A DNA stretch of 64,000 nt, from the sequence record DRR378314_1792, one strand, 5' to 3'. Below are positions 40,127 to 50,978 of the stretch, in pieces. The translations under genes were made by a program, and so were the position numbers. Numbering within the stretch: the stretch's first letter is position 1; the number at the start of each line of letters is the position of its first letter. The notes beneath the pieces were generated by a model, which worked only from the letters and a program-made list of their open reading frames with translations, had not been told where the DNA came from and searched no databases.

Positions 40127-41641
40127 TTAGGAAGACAACATCCGATAACCCAACGCCTCTGCCACATGATTGGGCTGAATATCTGTAACCTCCTCCAAAT
40201 CGGCAAGGGTTCTGGCGACCCGCAGCACACGATGGAAGCCACGGGCTGAAAGGCGAAATTTACTGACGGCAGATTTAATGATTTCCATGCCCTTAGCATC
40301 CAGTTTTGCCGCCGTTTCAAGGAGTTCCCCCGAAATTTCAGCGTTGGTTCGAATACCGGAACCCGGCGCCAGTTCCTCATAGCGCCGCTTTTGAATTTGA
40401 CGCGCCTTTGCTACTCTGTGGGCAACCTCTTCTGTCGAGACAGATTTCCCCGGAGAGGTCAGGTCCATTACGCTGACTTCCGGTACATCAACGAACAAGT
40501 CGATCCGATCCAGCATCGGACCTGAAATCTTACCGCGATAGTCCATTCCACATTTGGGCGCGCGGGCACATGCCCGTCCGGGATCTTGAAGAAAACCACA
40601 CCGGCAGGGGTTCATTGCAGCAACCAGCTGAAACCGCGCCGGGTATGTGACATGTAAATTAGCCCGGGCAATGACCGCTTTTCCCGTTTCAATCGGTTGG
40701 CGTAAAGTCTCTAGCACTTGTCGGTTAAATTCGGGCAATTCATCCAGAAATAGAACGCCTTTATGCGCAAGTGAAACCTCACCGGGATTGGCTTTGCGCC
40801 CGCCGCCGATAATTGCCGCCACAGATGCCGAATGGTGTGGCTCACGAAACGGCCGGCGGCGCGAAAGCATCCCGTTTTTTAGCTCCCCAGCAATGCTGCT
40901 GATCATACTCACCTCCAGCGCCTCTGGTGCATCCAGCTCTGGCAGTATTCCAGGAAGCCGCGCTGCCAACATGGATTTCCCGGATCCGGGTGGGCCACTC
41001 ATCAATAAATTATGTCCCCCGGCTGCGGCAACCTCCAATGCTCGTTTTGCAGTTTCCTGACCTTTGATATCCTCCAACCGTCCTTCAATTGTCCCTTCCT
41101 GAAGTAATCCTGGCGCCGGTGGGGAAATAACCTGCGTTCCTTTAAAATGATTAATCAGGGACAGAAGGCTTTCAGCCGCAATTATATCCAACTCACCAGC
41201 CCAAGCCGCTTCACTGCCATTGTCTTTCGGACAAATAACCCCGAGGCTTTCAGAAGCAGCCTCCACGGCAGCGGGCAAAACGCCTGCTACTGCCTGACAG
41301 GTGCCGTTTAAGGATAACTCTCCCAATATAATATATTCATCTGCAATATCTGCGGGGATGAGTCCAAGAGCCGTCAGCAGCCCAAATGCAATGGGAAGGT
41401 CGTAATGGGCCCCTTCTTTAGGTAAATCAGCGGGGGCTAAATTGACGGTGATCCGTTTGGCAGGCAACCCGATCCCAAGGGACGTCAGGGCAGCGCGGAC
41501 CCGCTCTTTACTTTCGGTGACCGATTTATCAGCCAACCCAACAACCGTAAAGGCAGGCAAGCCTGAACTGATCAGTACCTGCACCATGACTTTACGCACT
41601 TCAAGCCCCTGAAATGCAACTGTACGAATAGTCGACTGCAT
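40127..41641 (-). CDS. comM: YifB/ComM Mg-chelatase-like AAA+ ATPase
   Basis: ITVNLAPADLPKEG, GPPGSGKS, GEVSLAHKGVLFLDE, AMNPCRCG. Confidence 0.92.
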   Translation of the reverse strand: MQSTIRTVAFQGLEVRKVMVQVLISSGLPAFTVVGLADKSVTESKERVRAALTSLGIGLPAKRITVNLAPADLPKEGAHYDLPIAFGLLTALGLIPADIADEYIILGELSLNGTCQAVAGVLPAAVEAASESLGVICPKDNGSEAAWAGELDIIAAESLLSLINHFKGTQVISPPAPGLLQEGTIEGRLEDIKGQETAKRALEVAAAGGHNLLMSGPPGSGKSMLAARLPGILPELDAPEALEVSMISSIAGELKNGMLSRRRPFREPHHSASVAAIIGGGRKANPGEVSLAHKGVLFLDELPEFNRQVLETLRQPIETGKAVIARANLHVTYPARFQLVAAMNPCRCGFLQDPGRACARAPKCGMDYRGKISGPMLDRIDLFVDVPEVSVMDLTSPGKSVSTEEVAHRVAKARQIQKRRYEELAPGSGIRTNAEISGELLETAAKLDAKGMEIIKSAVSKFRLSARGFHRVLRVARTLADLEEVTDIQPNHVAEALGYRMLSS

Positions 41642-41774
41642 ATCTCCCCCCAAGAGATGAACAATCAACTATAACAGTAATTTTAGTTTTGTCACATATT
41701 CAAGCATCGCAAGCGCCATCACGATGGCCAAGAGCGCTTTAGCGGCATGCAGCTTACCAGCGGGAATTCAGAAC

Positions 41775-42713
41775 TTAAAGCTTTTCTTCAATACAATCCC
41801 AGATATCAGCTTCCAGCTTAACACCGTCATATCTGTTGATTTCCTGAAGGCCTGTTGGCGAGGTGACGTTGATTTCCGTCAGATAGTCTCCGATCACGTC
41901 GATACCAACAAAAATGAGCCCTTGTTCTTTGAGCGACGGACCAATGATTTCGCAGATTTCCTGCTCCCGCACGGTAAGTCCGGTTTTCAACGCCTGCCCG
42001 CCGACATGCATATTGGACCGGCTTTCACCTTCTTGCGGAACCCGATTAATCGCACCAACGGGTTTGCCATCGATGAGGATAATCCGCTTATCCCCTTTGC
42101 GAACTTCCGGAAGATACTTTTGCACGATCATCGGTTCGCGATAAAACTCGTTAAACAACTCATGAATTACGGTGAGATTTTCGTCTTCTGGTTTCAGATG
42201 AAACACACCGGCCCCCCCATTTCCGTAAAGCGGCTTGATGATGATATCTTTATGTTCAGCGCGAAACGCCTTCATTTCAGCTAAGTCCGAGGAAATCAGG
42301 GTTGGCGGCAATACACCATCAAAATGGGTGACAAAGATTTTTTCGGGTGCATTTCGAACACTGACCGGGTCATTCACAACCAGTGTTTTGGGATGAATAC
42401 GCTCCAACACATGGGTCGCCGTAATATAAGACATATCAAAAGGCGGGTCCTGACGCATCAAGACCACATCTACGGATTCAAGGTTCAACCGCTGTTCTGA
42501 CCCTAAAACATAGTGATTGCCTTTTTCGCGGCGCAATTTAAGCGGACGCGCCTTGGCAATGACTTCGCCATCCAGAAAAGAGAGATCCTGCGGACCGTAA
42601 TGAAACAGCTCATACCCACGGTCCTGCGCCTCAAGCGCCATTACAAAAGTACTATCCCCATCAATATCAATTGATTCAACCGGATCCATCTGGATAGCTA
42701 CTGCACGGGTCAT
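41775..42713 (-). CDS. gshB: Glutathione synthetase
   Basis: [38 protein letters not shown]. Confidence 0.96.
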   Translation of the reverse strand: MTRAVAIQMDPVESIDIDGDSTFVMALEAQDRGYELFHYGPQDLSFLDGEVIAKARPLKLRREKGNHYVLGSEQRLNLESVDVVLMRQDPPFDMSYITATHVLERIHPKTLVVNDPVSVRNAPEKIFVTHFDGVLPPTLISSDLAEMKAFRAEHKDIIIKPLYGNGGAGVFHLKPEDENLTVIHELFNEFYREPMIVQKYLPEVRKGDKRIILIDGKPVGAINRVPQEGESRSNMHVGGQALKTGLTVREQEICEIIGPSLKEQGLIFVGIDVIGDYLTEINVTSPTGLQEINRYDGVKLEADIWDCIEEKL

Positions 42714-42790
42714 TGTTTTTTCCTTGGCTTTTTCTCTTTCACGGGTGCGCCCGTTAGACATTTAATGGTTTCACTCAAGGGCGCAAGCGA

Positions 42791-43405
42791 TTAATTCCGC
42801 TGTGGATCGTCCTTCATCAAAACATGGCTCACAATTCGCCGGACACCGGATATATCCCGCGCGTGCAGCAGCACCCGGCGCAATTCCCCCTGATCCTGAG
42901 CAATCCCGATCAGATATACCACCCGATTTTCTGTATCGATGGAATAATTGATATGCTTGATACTGACATCCCGCAGTAACCGCGATTTTAGCGAGGTGGA
43001 AATCCAAACATCATCAGAAGTCGAGGAAGTCGACGTTTCGTCGCTGATCTGAAGTTCATTCAAAACTGCTTTTACAGAGTCAATCGACCAAATCAGTTCT
43101 GCGACCCTATCTTTGTCCGCCTGAGACGCAACCTCTCCCGTTACCAGAACGCGTCCTTCAACAATACTAGTGGACACATCTGTGAACAGGCTTTCACTCT
43201 CATGCAGCAACTTATCTATAACCGCCAACTTGATACCCGCATCTGTCACTGCATCTTCAACAGATCGCTCCTCCGCAACCATAACGCCCGCCGCAGCGGC
43301 CCCACCAACGGCAACGCCAACAGGGGTGCAGCCTGACAGCATCCCGCTCATCATCAGTCCCAGGCCAGTAAGCGCGCCTATAATTCGTTTTCGACTTCTA
43401 AACAT
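42791..43405 (-). CDS. Dual BON-domain lipoprotein (DolP/YraP-like)
   Basis: Lipobox LSGC, GRVLVTG, second BON VYLIG. Confidence 0.88.
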   Translation of the reverse strand: MFRSRKRIIGALTGLGLMMSGMLSGCTPVGVAVGGAAAAGVMVAEERSVEDAVTDAGIKLAVIDKLLHESESLFTDVSTSIVEGRVLVTGEVASQADKDRVAELIWSIDSVKAVLNELQISDETSTSSTSDDVWISTSLKSRLLRDVSIKHINYSIDTENRVVYLIGIAQDQGELRRVLLHARDISGVRRIVSHVLMKDDPQRN

Positions 43406-43438
43406 TCGATCCTATACCTACAGTCCAACAGGATACCT

Positions 43439-43819
43439 TTACCAAGCATTTTCCAAATGATAGGGCAATCGCAGAAAGGACGTCACCACAATAAAATCCA
43501 GCCGCAAATCAAAAGCGTTATAAGCGGGATTTTCTGCAACAAAGGCAGAAAGAGCTTTGCGAATTCGGCGTTGCTGAATTGGACCGATCGCATGCTTTGC
43601 CCGCTCTATATCCGTTCGAAATTTAACCTCAACGGCGACCACAGATGTTCCTTTACGCACCACAAGGTCAATTTCTCCAAAGGGTTTTTTATAACGCTTT
43701 TTCAAAATCCGATATCCTTTTAAGCGCAGGAAAAATTCGACATAAGTCTCTGCCAGCCGGCCTCTTCTTTCTGACCGGCGTTTTGACTTTTTAATCTGAT
43801 CTTTGGAACGAGTTGTCAA
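43439..43819 (-). CDS. yraN: YraN (UPF0102) family nuclease-fold protein
   Basis: GRLAE, KGYRIL, GEIDLV, VEVK; TTG start. Confidence 0.88.
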   Translation of the reverse strand: MTTRSKDQIKKSKRRSERRGRLAETYVEFFLRLKGYRILKKRYKKPFGEIDLVVRKGTSVVAVEVKFRTDIERAKHAIGPIQQRRIRKALSAFVAENPAYNAFDLRLDFIVVTSFLRLPYHLENAW

Positions 43820-43943
43820 ACAATTGCCTCACTTAACTGTATCATCTGAATAGAATGGCACTATTTCCTTGATGCGCAAAGTCTGGAAATTCTAGTATGA
43901 CCGGAAAGCTAGGGTTTTCCTCGACACGTGGGATATTGGGTAA

Positions 43944-45404
43944 ATGAAATCGGGAAAAGAGATGGGCAGGATGTTGACAACTTGCAAACTGATTATGGTT
44001 CTCCTTTCGGCCATAGCCTTAAGCGCCTGCCAGACACTTGGTCCGTTTTCATCTTCTGCGGATAAACCCGCATCCGAAAAAACGGAGCAATCTGCAACAT
44101 CTAAGACGAGCCCAACCGCAACGGCACCGGGGTCAGATGACGCAGATGAGGAGGACACTGTTGGAAATGCTGCGGAACCAGACGACACTTTCGCGGCGCC
44201 ACAAGTTCAATCTCCCCTGCAACTTGAACGGCCGATGCTCAGTGAAGAGCAAAAAGCTGTCCGGCTTGCCATTTTACTTCCGTTATCTGGTGCAAACGAG
44301 AAAATCGGGACAGACTTGTTGAACGCCGCCAATATGGCCCTGTTTGATCACAATAACACCCAACTGAAACTACAGCCCTACGACACCCGGGGAACTGCAG
44401 AAGGAGCGCGGGAGGCAGCGCTTCAGGCCGTGAGTGAAGGGGCCGAGATTTTTATGGGGCCACTATTTGCAAGCTCTGTAAGAGCCGTGGAGGAGGTTGC
44501 GGCCGCCAACAACGTTAATATCCTTGCGTTTTCAACGGATTCCTCTGTTGCAAAACGCGGCGTTTATCTGATGGGACTTACGGTTGAGCAACAAATTGAA
44601 CGTGTCCTGAATTTTGCCTACCGGCAAGGGCTGGTAAATTTTGCTGTGCTGGCCCCGCAAACCCCATATGGGGAAACTGCCTTAACGGCGATCGATACCA
44701 CAACGCGGCGGCTTGGCCTCACCCTGACAAAGGTAAAACGCTATCCTACCGATCTGCCGCCGGGTTCAGAAGAACTACATGAAATTGCCAAGGATACAGC
44801 CAATTATGAAGCCCGCCGTTGGGTGCTTCGGCAGGAAATAAAAAAAGTAAGCGCGAAATCAGATCCAGCATCGAAAGCACTTTTGCAAAAACTCAAAAAA
44901 CTGGACACGTATGGCGATGTGAATTTTGAGGCCCTGATCATTCCCGAGGGTGGGCAGCGCTTAAGAGAGGTCGCGCCGCTCTTGTCCTATTACGATATCG
45001 ATCCGCAAAAGGTAAAATATATCGGGACCGGTCTTTGGGCAGATGCAAGCCTAACGACCGAACCTGCCCTTGTTGGAGGGTGGTTCGCGGCGCCCGCACC
45101 GGAAGCCTATAACCTGTTCCGACAACGGTTTAATTCTGTATATGGGTATATCCCCCCACGAATTGCCAGTCTGGCTTATGATGCGATGGCTCTTTGTGGA
45201 TTGCTGGCACTGGACGAAAGCCTGACCGACAAATTTTCAGTAGAAGCGCTTGAAAGCCCTGAAGGATTTGCCGGATATAACGGTCTTTTCCGTTTCACCA
45301 ATACAGGCATCGCGGAACGCGGATTAGCTGTTATGCAGCTTGGACAGGATCAACTGGAGCTTCTTGAGGCCGCGCCAGGAACTTTCACTCCTGCCCTTAA
45401 CTAA
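43944..45404 (+). CDS. Penicillin-binding protein activator LpoA/LppC-like lipoprotein
   Basis: Lipobox LSAC, AILLPLSG, GPLFA, GTGLW, LAYDA, GLFRF...ERGLAV. Start may be 43962 or 43971. Confidence 0.85.
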   Translation: MKSGKEMGRMLTTCKLIMVLLSAIALSACQTLGPFSSSADKPASEKTEQSATSKTSPTATAPGSDDADEEDTVGNAAEPDDTFAAPQVQSPLQLERPMLSEEQKAVRLAILLPLSGANEKIGTDLLNAANMALFDHNNTQLKLQPYDTRGTAEGAREAALQAVSEGAEIFMGPLFASSVRAVEEVAAANNVNILAFSTDSSVAKRGVYLMGLTVEQQIERVLNFAYRQGLVNFAVLAPQTPYGETALTAIDTTTRRLGLTLTKVKRYPTDLPPGSEELHEIAKDTANYEARRWVLRQEIKKVSAKSDPASKALLQKLKKLDTYGDVNFEALIIPEGGQRLREVAPLLSYYDIDPQKVKYIGTGLWADASLTTEPALVGGWFAAPAPEAYNLFRQRFNSVYGYIPPRIASLAYDAMALCGLLALDESLTDKFSVEALESPEGFAGYNGLFRFTNTGIAERGLAVMQLGQDQLELLEAAPGTFTPALN

Positions 45405-46581
45405 GCAGTTCTGCAAGAACACTATTAAGGACAAAGCGGCCCTGATCGGTTGCGCGGATGCGGTTGTCATCGCGTTCCAGATACCCGGCTTGTAACAAAT
45501 TCTGAAGTCGGCTTTCTTTGACCAATTGTGAAAACGAAGATCCTGTTAGGCGCTTCACATTGTCAAACCAGACCCCTTCTTTCAGGCGAAGTCCCATCAA
45601 CAGAAGTTCTTCCGCACGCTCAGCCGCGGAGGAGACTTCTTCAGAAAATTCGGTGGCATGCCCTTTGTCTTCAACCTGTTGCAACCAGGTTTCCGGCTTG
45701 CGATGTTGCGAGGTGGCATAACGCTTTCCACCTGATAACAAACGACCATGCGCGCCCGGCCCTATGCCCAGATATCCGCCATATCGCCAGTAAGTCAGAT
45801 TATGACGGCACTCGTATCCGGCTCTGGCGTGATTGGAGATTTCATACCCGTCAAAGCCCTGTTTCGTGCAGATCTCCTGCGTGGACAGAAACATGTCCTC
45901 TGCCAACTCATCCGTCGGTAGGTTAAACTCGCCGCGCCGGTATGAGCCGGCAAAACCTGTATTGGGCTCTATGGTCAGTTGATACAGTGAAATATGATCT
46001 CCGGCCAAAGCCAGGGCGTCTTGTAAATCTTTTTGCCAATCGTGAAGAGATTGCCCAGGCAACGCGTAAATCAAATCAAAAGAAATATTGCCAAAATGTT
46101 TTCGGGCGATCTCAACCGTTGCCAATGCCTCGGCCACCGAGTGTTCCCGACCCAGAAACTTCAGATACTCATCTCGCAGGGATTGAACACCCATTGACAA
46201 CCTGTTGACACCCGCTTTGCCATATCCTGCAAAAGAACTTGCCTCTGCAGAGGTTGGGTTAGCCTCCAATGTAATCTCAATCCCGTCCGCAAAGGAAAAC
46301 CGTTGATCAACTGCGGAAATAAGCTGCGAAACTGCGCCATCCGACATCAGGGACGGCGTTCCGCCGCCGAAGAATATACTGGTAACTACTGTCGGATCCG
46401 ACAGATTGACAAAATGATCCAGTTCCGCAATCAGGGCATCCACCCAGCGCTGCTCATCCAGGCTTTCCCGAACATGGCTGTTAAAATCGCAATAAGGACA
46501 TTTCTTCCGGCAAAAAGGCCAGTGGAAATAGATACCAAATCCGGGATCGGGGACCTTATTTTCCTGAGACAAAACAGGCAT
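45397..46581 (-). CDS. hemW: Radical SAM haem chaperone
   Basis: HWPFCRKKCPYCDFN, GGGTPS, EANP, YEISN, HNLTYW. Confidence 0.93.
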   Translation of the reverse strand: MPVLSQENKVPDPGFGIYFHWPFCRKKCPYCDFNSHVRESLDEQRWVDALIAELDHFVNLSDPTVVTSIFFGGGTPSLMSDGAVSQLISAVDQRFSFADGIEITLEANPTSAEASSFAGYGKAGVNRLSMGVQSLRDEYLKFLGREHSVAEALATVEIARKHFGNISFDLIYALPGQSLHDWQKDLQDALALAGDHISLYQLTIEPNTGFAGSYRRGEFNLPTDELAEDMFLSTQEICTKQGFDGYEISNHARAGYECRHNLTYWRYGGYLGIGPGAHGRLLSGGKRYATSQHRKPETWLQQVEDKGHATEFSEEVSSAAERAEELLLMGLRLKEGVWFDNVKRLTGSSFSQLVKESRLQNLLQAGYLERDDNRIRATDQGRFVLNSVLAELLS

Positions 46582-47170
46582 CAATCAATTGCCGGAACGC
46601 TTCTGCCCGATGACTGATGGCATGCTTTTCAGCAGGTTCCATCTCCGCAAAAGTCTGGGCGCCCTCGTTGGGCGTGAAAACAGGATCATATCCGAATCCC
46701 TTACTCCCCCGAGGTGGCCAGGTAAAGTCCCCCTCAACCCGACCTTCAAAGCACTCAGTATGGCCATCTGGCCATGCCAAACACAGCGCACAAATAAAGG
46801 CGGCTTTTTGAGACGCCTGTGCACCCTGTTCCTGCAATTTTTGATGGACGGCTTCCATGGCAACGGAGAAATCTTTCGATGGTCCCGCCCAGCGAGCGGA
46901 GTAAATTCCCGGATCTCCGTTCAATGCCTCCAGGGCAAAGCCAGAATCATCGCTTAAGGCAATTTCACCTGCCCCTTTTGCCGCTGCCAGGGCTTTTATT
47001 CTGGCATTGGCAATAAAGGTATCTCCATCTTCAACAGGTTCAGGCAAATTCAGCTCACCTGCCGACACTGGTGACACGCCGTAATCCGCCAGAAGGTCAC
47101 CGATTTCACGAACCTTTCCCGGATTATGACTGGCGACGATCAGACGCTGCCCCTCAAAGATACGCGCCAT
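46556..47170 (-). CDS. rdgB: dITP/XTP pyrophosphatase
   Basis: ASHNPGK, DDSG, PGIYSARW, GFGYDP, SHRA. Confidence 0.95.
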   Translation of the reverse strand: MARIFEGQRLIVASHNPGKVREIGDLLADYGVSPVSAGELNLPEPVEDGDTFIANARIKALAAAKGAGEIALSDDSGFALEALNGDPGIYSARWAGPSKDFSVAMEAVHQKLQEQGAQASQKAAFICALCLAWPDGHTECFEGRVEGDFTWPPRGSKGFGYDPVFTPNEGAQTFAEMEPAEKHAISHRAEAFRQLIDACFVSGK

Positions 47171-47172
47171 TG

Positions 47173-47889
47173 TTAAAGACCCAAAGCCTCACGCTGCAAT
47201 TGGCACAATTGCTTAACGCCGGATTTTGCCAAATCAAAAAGCCCGGTAAACTGGCTTTCCGTAAAGGGATCTTCTTCTGCGGTTCCCTGAATTTCAATGA
47301 TCCGACCATCAGAGGACAGAACAAAATTGGCATCCGCCTGTGCGTTGCTGTCTTCTGGATAGTCCAGATCCAGAACAGGAACCCCTTTGTAAATTCCGCA
47401 GGAAACTGCAGCCACCTGATTCTGCATTGGAACTTCTAGAATCTTACCTTTTTCGACCAGGGTATTAAACGCCTGATAGAGCGCAACATAAGCACCTGTA
47501 ATAGAGGCAGTTCGTGTTCCGCCATCCGCCTGGATAACATCACAATCCACAGTAATCTGACGTTCCCCAAAGCCTTCCATATCCACAACAGCCCGCAGGG
47601 AGCGACCGATCAGACGCTGAATTTCAATGGTTCGACCCTGCTGTCTGCCACGGGCAGCTTCTCGGCCCATCCGCTGGTCTGTAGATCGCGGTAACATTCC
47701 ATATTCTGCAGTGACCCATCCTTTACCGGAATTGCGGAGAAACGGCGGGACACGCTCCTCAATGCTGGCTGTACACAGAACATGAGTGTCACCTGCCTTA
47801 ATAAAGCAGGACCCTTCTGCATTTTTCGCATAACCCGGTTCCATGACAATGTTACGGAGTTCGTCTGCCTGTCTTCCTGATGGGCGCAT
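47173..47889 (-). CDS. rph: Ribonuclease PH
   Basis: [30 protein letters not shown]. Confidence 0.97.
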   Translation of the reverse strand: MRPSGRQADELRNIVMEPGYAKNAEGSCFIKAGDTHVLCTASIEERVPPFLRNSGKGWVTAEYGMLPRSTDQRMGREAARGRQQGRTIEIQRLIGRSLRAVVDMEGFGERQITVDCDVIQADGGTRTASITGAYVALYQAFNTLVEKGKILEVPMQNQVAAVSCGIYKGVPVLDLDYPEDSNAQADANFVLSSDGRIIEIQGTAEEDPFTESQFTGLFDLAKSGVKQLCQLQREALGL

Positions 47890-48035
47890 GATGTTCCTCT
47901 ACCGATTCTGGGATTTTTAATAGCTGCCTCTTGTAACTTGTGCGCCCGATTGACGCAAGAGTGCAGCTTTACTACATTTCAGTCGATCAACTTACCATAT
48001 GTGTTAAGTTGTGGTCAGCGAAAGTGTAACCATCC

Positions 48036-49064
48036 ATGAGAATACAAGAGTTAAACCAGAGAAGCCGCGATATCTTTCGGAATATCGTCGAAACTTTCAT
48101 AGAAACTGGTGAACCTGTTGGCTCCCGGACTTTGTCCAAACAAAGCCATCTGGGTCTATCGCCTGCCTCTATTCGGAATATCATGGCTGATCTAACCGAT
48201 GCAGGTCTTTTATATTCGCCGCATGTGTCCGCTGGGCGCCTGCCAACGCATCGGGGTCTACAACTTTTCGTCGATGGCCTGTTGGAAATTGGCAATCTCA
48301 CATCCGAAGAACGGGAGGATATTAAAACCCGCTGTTCCGTTCAGGGCAAAAATTTCGATGAAGTGCTGACCGAAGCCTCCTCCATGCTCTCTGGCCTGTC
48401 CAATTGTGCGAGCCTTGTGCTGGCGCCAAAGAGTGATAGTCCGGTTAAACAAATTGAGTTTGTGCAAATTGGCCTGAATAAAGCCTTGGTCATCATCGTG
48501 ACTGCGGATGGTCTTGTGGAGAACAGGACCATTGAAATCCCACCAAATATCTCTCCTTCCACCTTGCAGGAAGCCGGGAACTATCTGTCGGCACGTCTCA
48601 CCGGTAAAACCCTGAGCGAAGCAAAGCTGGCGATAAAAGAAGAACTGGAATCCCATCAGGCACAGCTCAATGAATTGACAACAAGCCTTGTGGAATCCGG
48701 TATGGCGAGCTGGGGTGGCAAAGAGACCCTGATTGTGCGGGGGCATTCGCACCTTCTGCAGGATATCCAGGCCATTGAAGACCTTGAGAAAATCAAACAG
48801 CTCTTCGATACCCTTGAAGCTGGAAAAGAAGGCATTAAATTACTGGAACTGGCCGAGGGGGGAGAAGGTGTCCGGATTTTTATTGGTGCCGAGAACAATC
48901 TTTTCTCGCTTTCTGGGACATCAATGATTATCTCTCCCTATCAGAACAGTCGTAAAGAGGTTGTTGGAGTGGTAGGTGTTGTTGGGCCGACCCGGCTAAA
49001 TTATGCCCGCATCATTCCAATGGTGGACTACACAGCCAAGGTTATAGGTCGATTGCTTGATTAA
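48036..49064 (+). CDS. hrcA: Heat-inducible transcription repressor
   Basis: EPVGSRTL, SPASIRN, PHVSAGRLPT, GPTRLNY. Confidence 0.96.
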   Translation: MRIQELNQRSRDIFRNIVETFIETGEPVGSRTLSKQSHLGLSPASIRNIMADLTDAGLLYSPHVSAGRLPTHRGLQLFVDGLLEIGNLTSEEREDIKTRCSVQGKNFDEVLTEASSMLSGLSNCASLVLAPKSDSPVKQIEFVQIGLNKALVIIVTADGLVENRTIEIPPNISPSTLQEAGNYLSARLTGKTLSEAKLAIKEELESHQAQLNELTTSLVESGMASWGGKETLIVRGHSHLLQDIQAIEDLEKIKQLFDTLEAGKEGIKLLELAEGGEGVRIFIGAENNLFSLSGTSMIISPYQNSRKEVVGVVGVVGPTRLNYARIIPMVDYTAKVIGRLLD

Positions 49065-49082
49065 GTGACGCCGAGTTAGGAA

Positions 49083-49724
49083 ATGAACGAGATGAGTAAT
49101 ACAAACCCAAATTCTCCGGAAGATCTGGACCCGAAACAAGCTTCAGAAAATACCGAAAATTTGGCCCCTGAAGAGGATCAGCAGGATCCATCCGTCGAAG
49201 ACGGTGAAGAGGCCGGTGCCAATTCTGTAGAAGAACAGCAGGCGGCGGAAATTGCTGATCTCAAAGAGAAGCTGCTGCGCGCTATGGCCGACACAGAAAA
49301 TACGCGGCGCCGCTCGCAAAAAGATAAAGAGGATGCCATAAATTATGGCATCACGAAATTTGCCCGCGATGTGCTGACCATTTCTGACAATCTGCGCCGC
49401 GCGATTGAAGCTGTTTCCGAAGAAGACCGAGAGAACGAATCCGTTAAAACACTCCTTTCCGGTATTGAAATGACGGAAACGGAACTGCAAAACACGCTCA
49501 CAAAACACAAAGTTGAGGTGATCGAAGCCGAAGGTAAGAAATTCGATCCAAATCTGCATCAAGCCATGTTCGAAATTGAGAACCCGGATGTTGAGCCTGG
49601 AACGGTTCTGCAGGTAATGCAGGCTGGCTATGTAATAGCAGGTCGGCTGCTACGCCCCTCTTTGGTTGGCGTTGCCAAAGGAGGCCAGAAGAAACAGGAA
49701 GCTCCGGTCGATCAATCTGTTTAA
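49083..49724 (+). CDS. grpE: Nucleotide exchange factor GrpE
   Basis: RAMADTENTRRR, FDPNLHQA, GY...RLLRP. Start 49083 or 49092. Confidence 0.96.
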   Translation: MNEMSNTNPNSPEDLDPKQASENTENLAPEEDQQDPSVEDGEEAGANSVEEQQAAEIADLKEKLLRAMADTENTRRRSQKDKEDAINYGITKFARDVLTISDNLRRAIEAVSEEDRENESVKTLLSGIEMTETELQNTLTKHKVEVIEAEGKKFDPNLHQAMFEIENPDVEPGTVLQVMQAGYVIAGRLLRPSLVGVAKGGQKKQEAPVDQSV

Positions 49725-49750
49725 ACCTGACGTCTCAGCATTAGATTTTT

Positions 49751-49783
49751 AAAAAGCTGCCCTCACGAAAGGGCGGCTTTTTT
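49751..49783. terminator. Bidirectional intrinsic terminator between grpE and rarD
   Basis: AAAAAGCTGCCCT-cacgaa-AGGGCGGCTTTTTT between convergent genes. Confidence 0.85.
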
Positions 49784-50727
49784 TAGGACCGATTGCGGTA
49801 GCCATCGATGGAATAAATCAGCAAACCCGCCCAGATCAGGGAAAAAGCGGAAATCTGCACAGTGGAGAAGGGTTCATTAAAGATGAAAACCGCCAATATC
49901 ACATGAATTGTTGGCGCGATATACTGCATCAGGCCAACCGTCGACAGGCGAAGTCGCTGCGCCCCATAAGAAAAAAGAATCAACGGGACGGCCGTTACCA
50001 AACCAGTTCCCGCCAGCAGAAGCACTGTATCTATTGAATAGAACCCGCCATCTAGCGCGCCGCCCTGCAGCTCACCGGTTACCCCTAGAAACACCAGGTA
50101 CCCAAGAGAAAAAGGAACCAGCAAGCCGGTTTCAACGGTGAGACCAATGGTTGACTCTGCTTCCACCTTTTTGCGGAGCAATCCATAAAATCCAAAAGAA
50201 AATGCCAGGACCAAGGAGACCCATGGCAGTTGCCCCAACAGAATCGTCATAAGCGTGACGGAGCAAATCGCGAGAAAGATGGCAAAGCTTTGCCATTTAT
50301 TTAGCCGCTCCCCGAGGAAAATCATTCCAAGTGCCACACTGACCAACGGATTAATATAATAACCGAGGCTGGCTTCAAGCACCCGATCATTGACCACAGA
50401 CCACAGAAAAGTCGTCCAGTTTGCGGCAATCAAAATTGTCGAGCCCAGAAAATACTTCATCACCGTCTTGTTGGTGAGTGCCAGTTTCAATTTTTCTAAC
50501 CGACCGGTTGCCAGGATCAGAATACTGACCAGCAGAAGCGACCAGAGAATCCGATTGGCTAACACTTCCAGCACGGGGACATGACTGAGCGCCTTGAAAT
50601 ATAGGGGAAAAACACCCCACATTCCAAAAGTCGCCAGCGCTGCCAAAACGCCTTTTTGTTTTTCTTTATCCGCCAGGATCAATTGATCAGGATCGGCAGT
50701 TGAGGGGATTTTTTTCAAGAGGGTCAT
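49783..50727 (-). CDS. rarD: EamA-family RarD protein
   Basis: WGVFPLYFK, ASLGYYINPL, YGLLRK, GLMQYIAPT. Confidence 0.92.
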   Translation of the reverse strand: MTLLKKIPSTADPDQLILADKEKQKGVLAALATFGMWGVFPLYFKALSHVPVLEVLANRILWSLLLVSILILATGRLEKLKLALTNKTVMKYFLGSTILIAANWTTFLWSVVNDRVLEASLGYYINPLVSVALGMIFLGERLNKWQSFAIFLAICSVTLMTILLGQLPWVSLVLAFSFGFYGLLRKKVEAESTIGLTVETGLLVPFSLGYLVFLGVTGELQGGALDGGFYSIDTVLLLAGTGLVTAVPLILFSYGAQRLRLSTVGLMQYIAPTIHVILAVFIFNEPFSTVQISAFSLIWAGLLIYSIDGYRNRS

Positions 50728-50860
50728 CTACATCGCTTAGGAAGGATTTTCTGTTTTAACAAAAGCCTCCAGCAACGTAAAGCAGATCATTTCACGGCCT
50801 ATCTGCCATCGGGGTTGAGTGAATTTAGCCAAAAAAAGACAAGCCATGTTTAAACCGGTA

Positions 50861-50889
50861 CTTGCACTGATTTCTCATCACACCTATAT
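50861..50889 (+). promoter_or_regulatory. RpoH (sigma32) promoter of dnaK
   Basis: CTTGCA-N16-CCTATAT, close to the alphaproteobacterial CTTGAA-N16-CCTATAT consensus. Confidence 0.75.
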
Positions 50890-50978
50890 AAACGGCAGAC
50901 GGTGTATGATTAACTCCTTGGGGATTTTTACGGTGCATGGATTGGCTGTGAAAATCTGCCAAATAGAAAGAGGAAAAA

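Noticed and set aside
47939-47967. Possible CIRCE upstream of hrcA (GAGTGCAGC half-site)
   Set aside because: No TTAGCACTC-like left arm at 9-bp spacing. I also found no CIRCE before grpE or dnaK.
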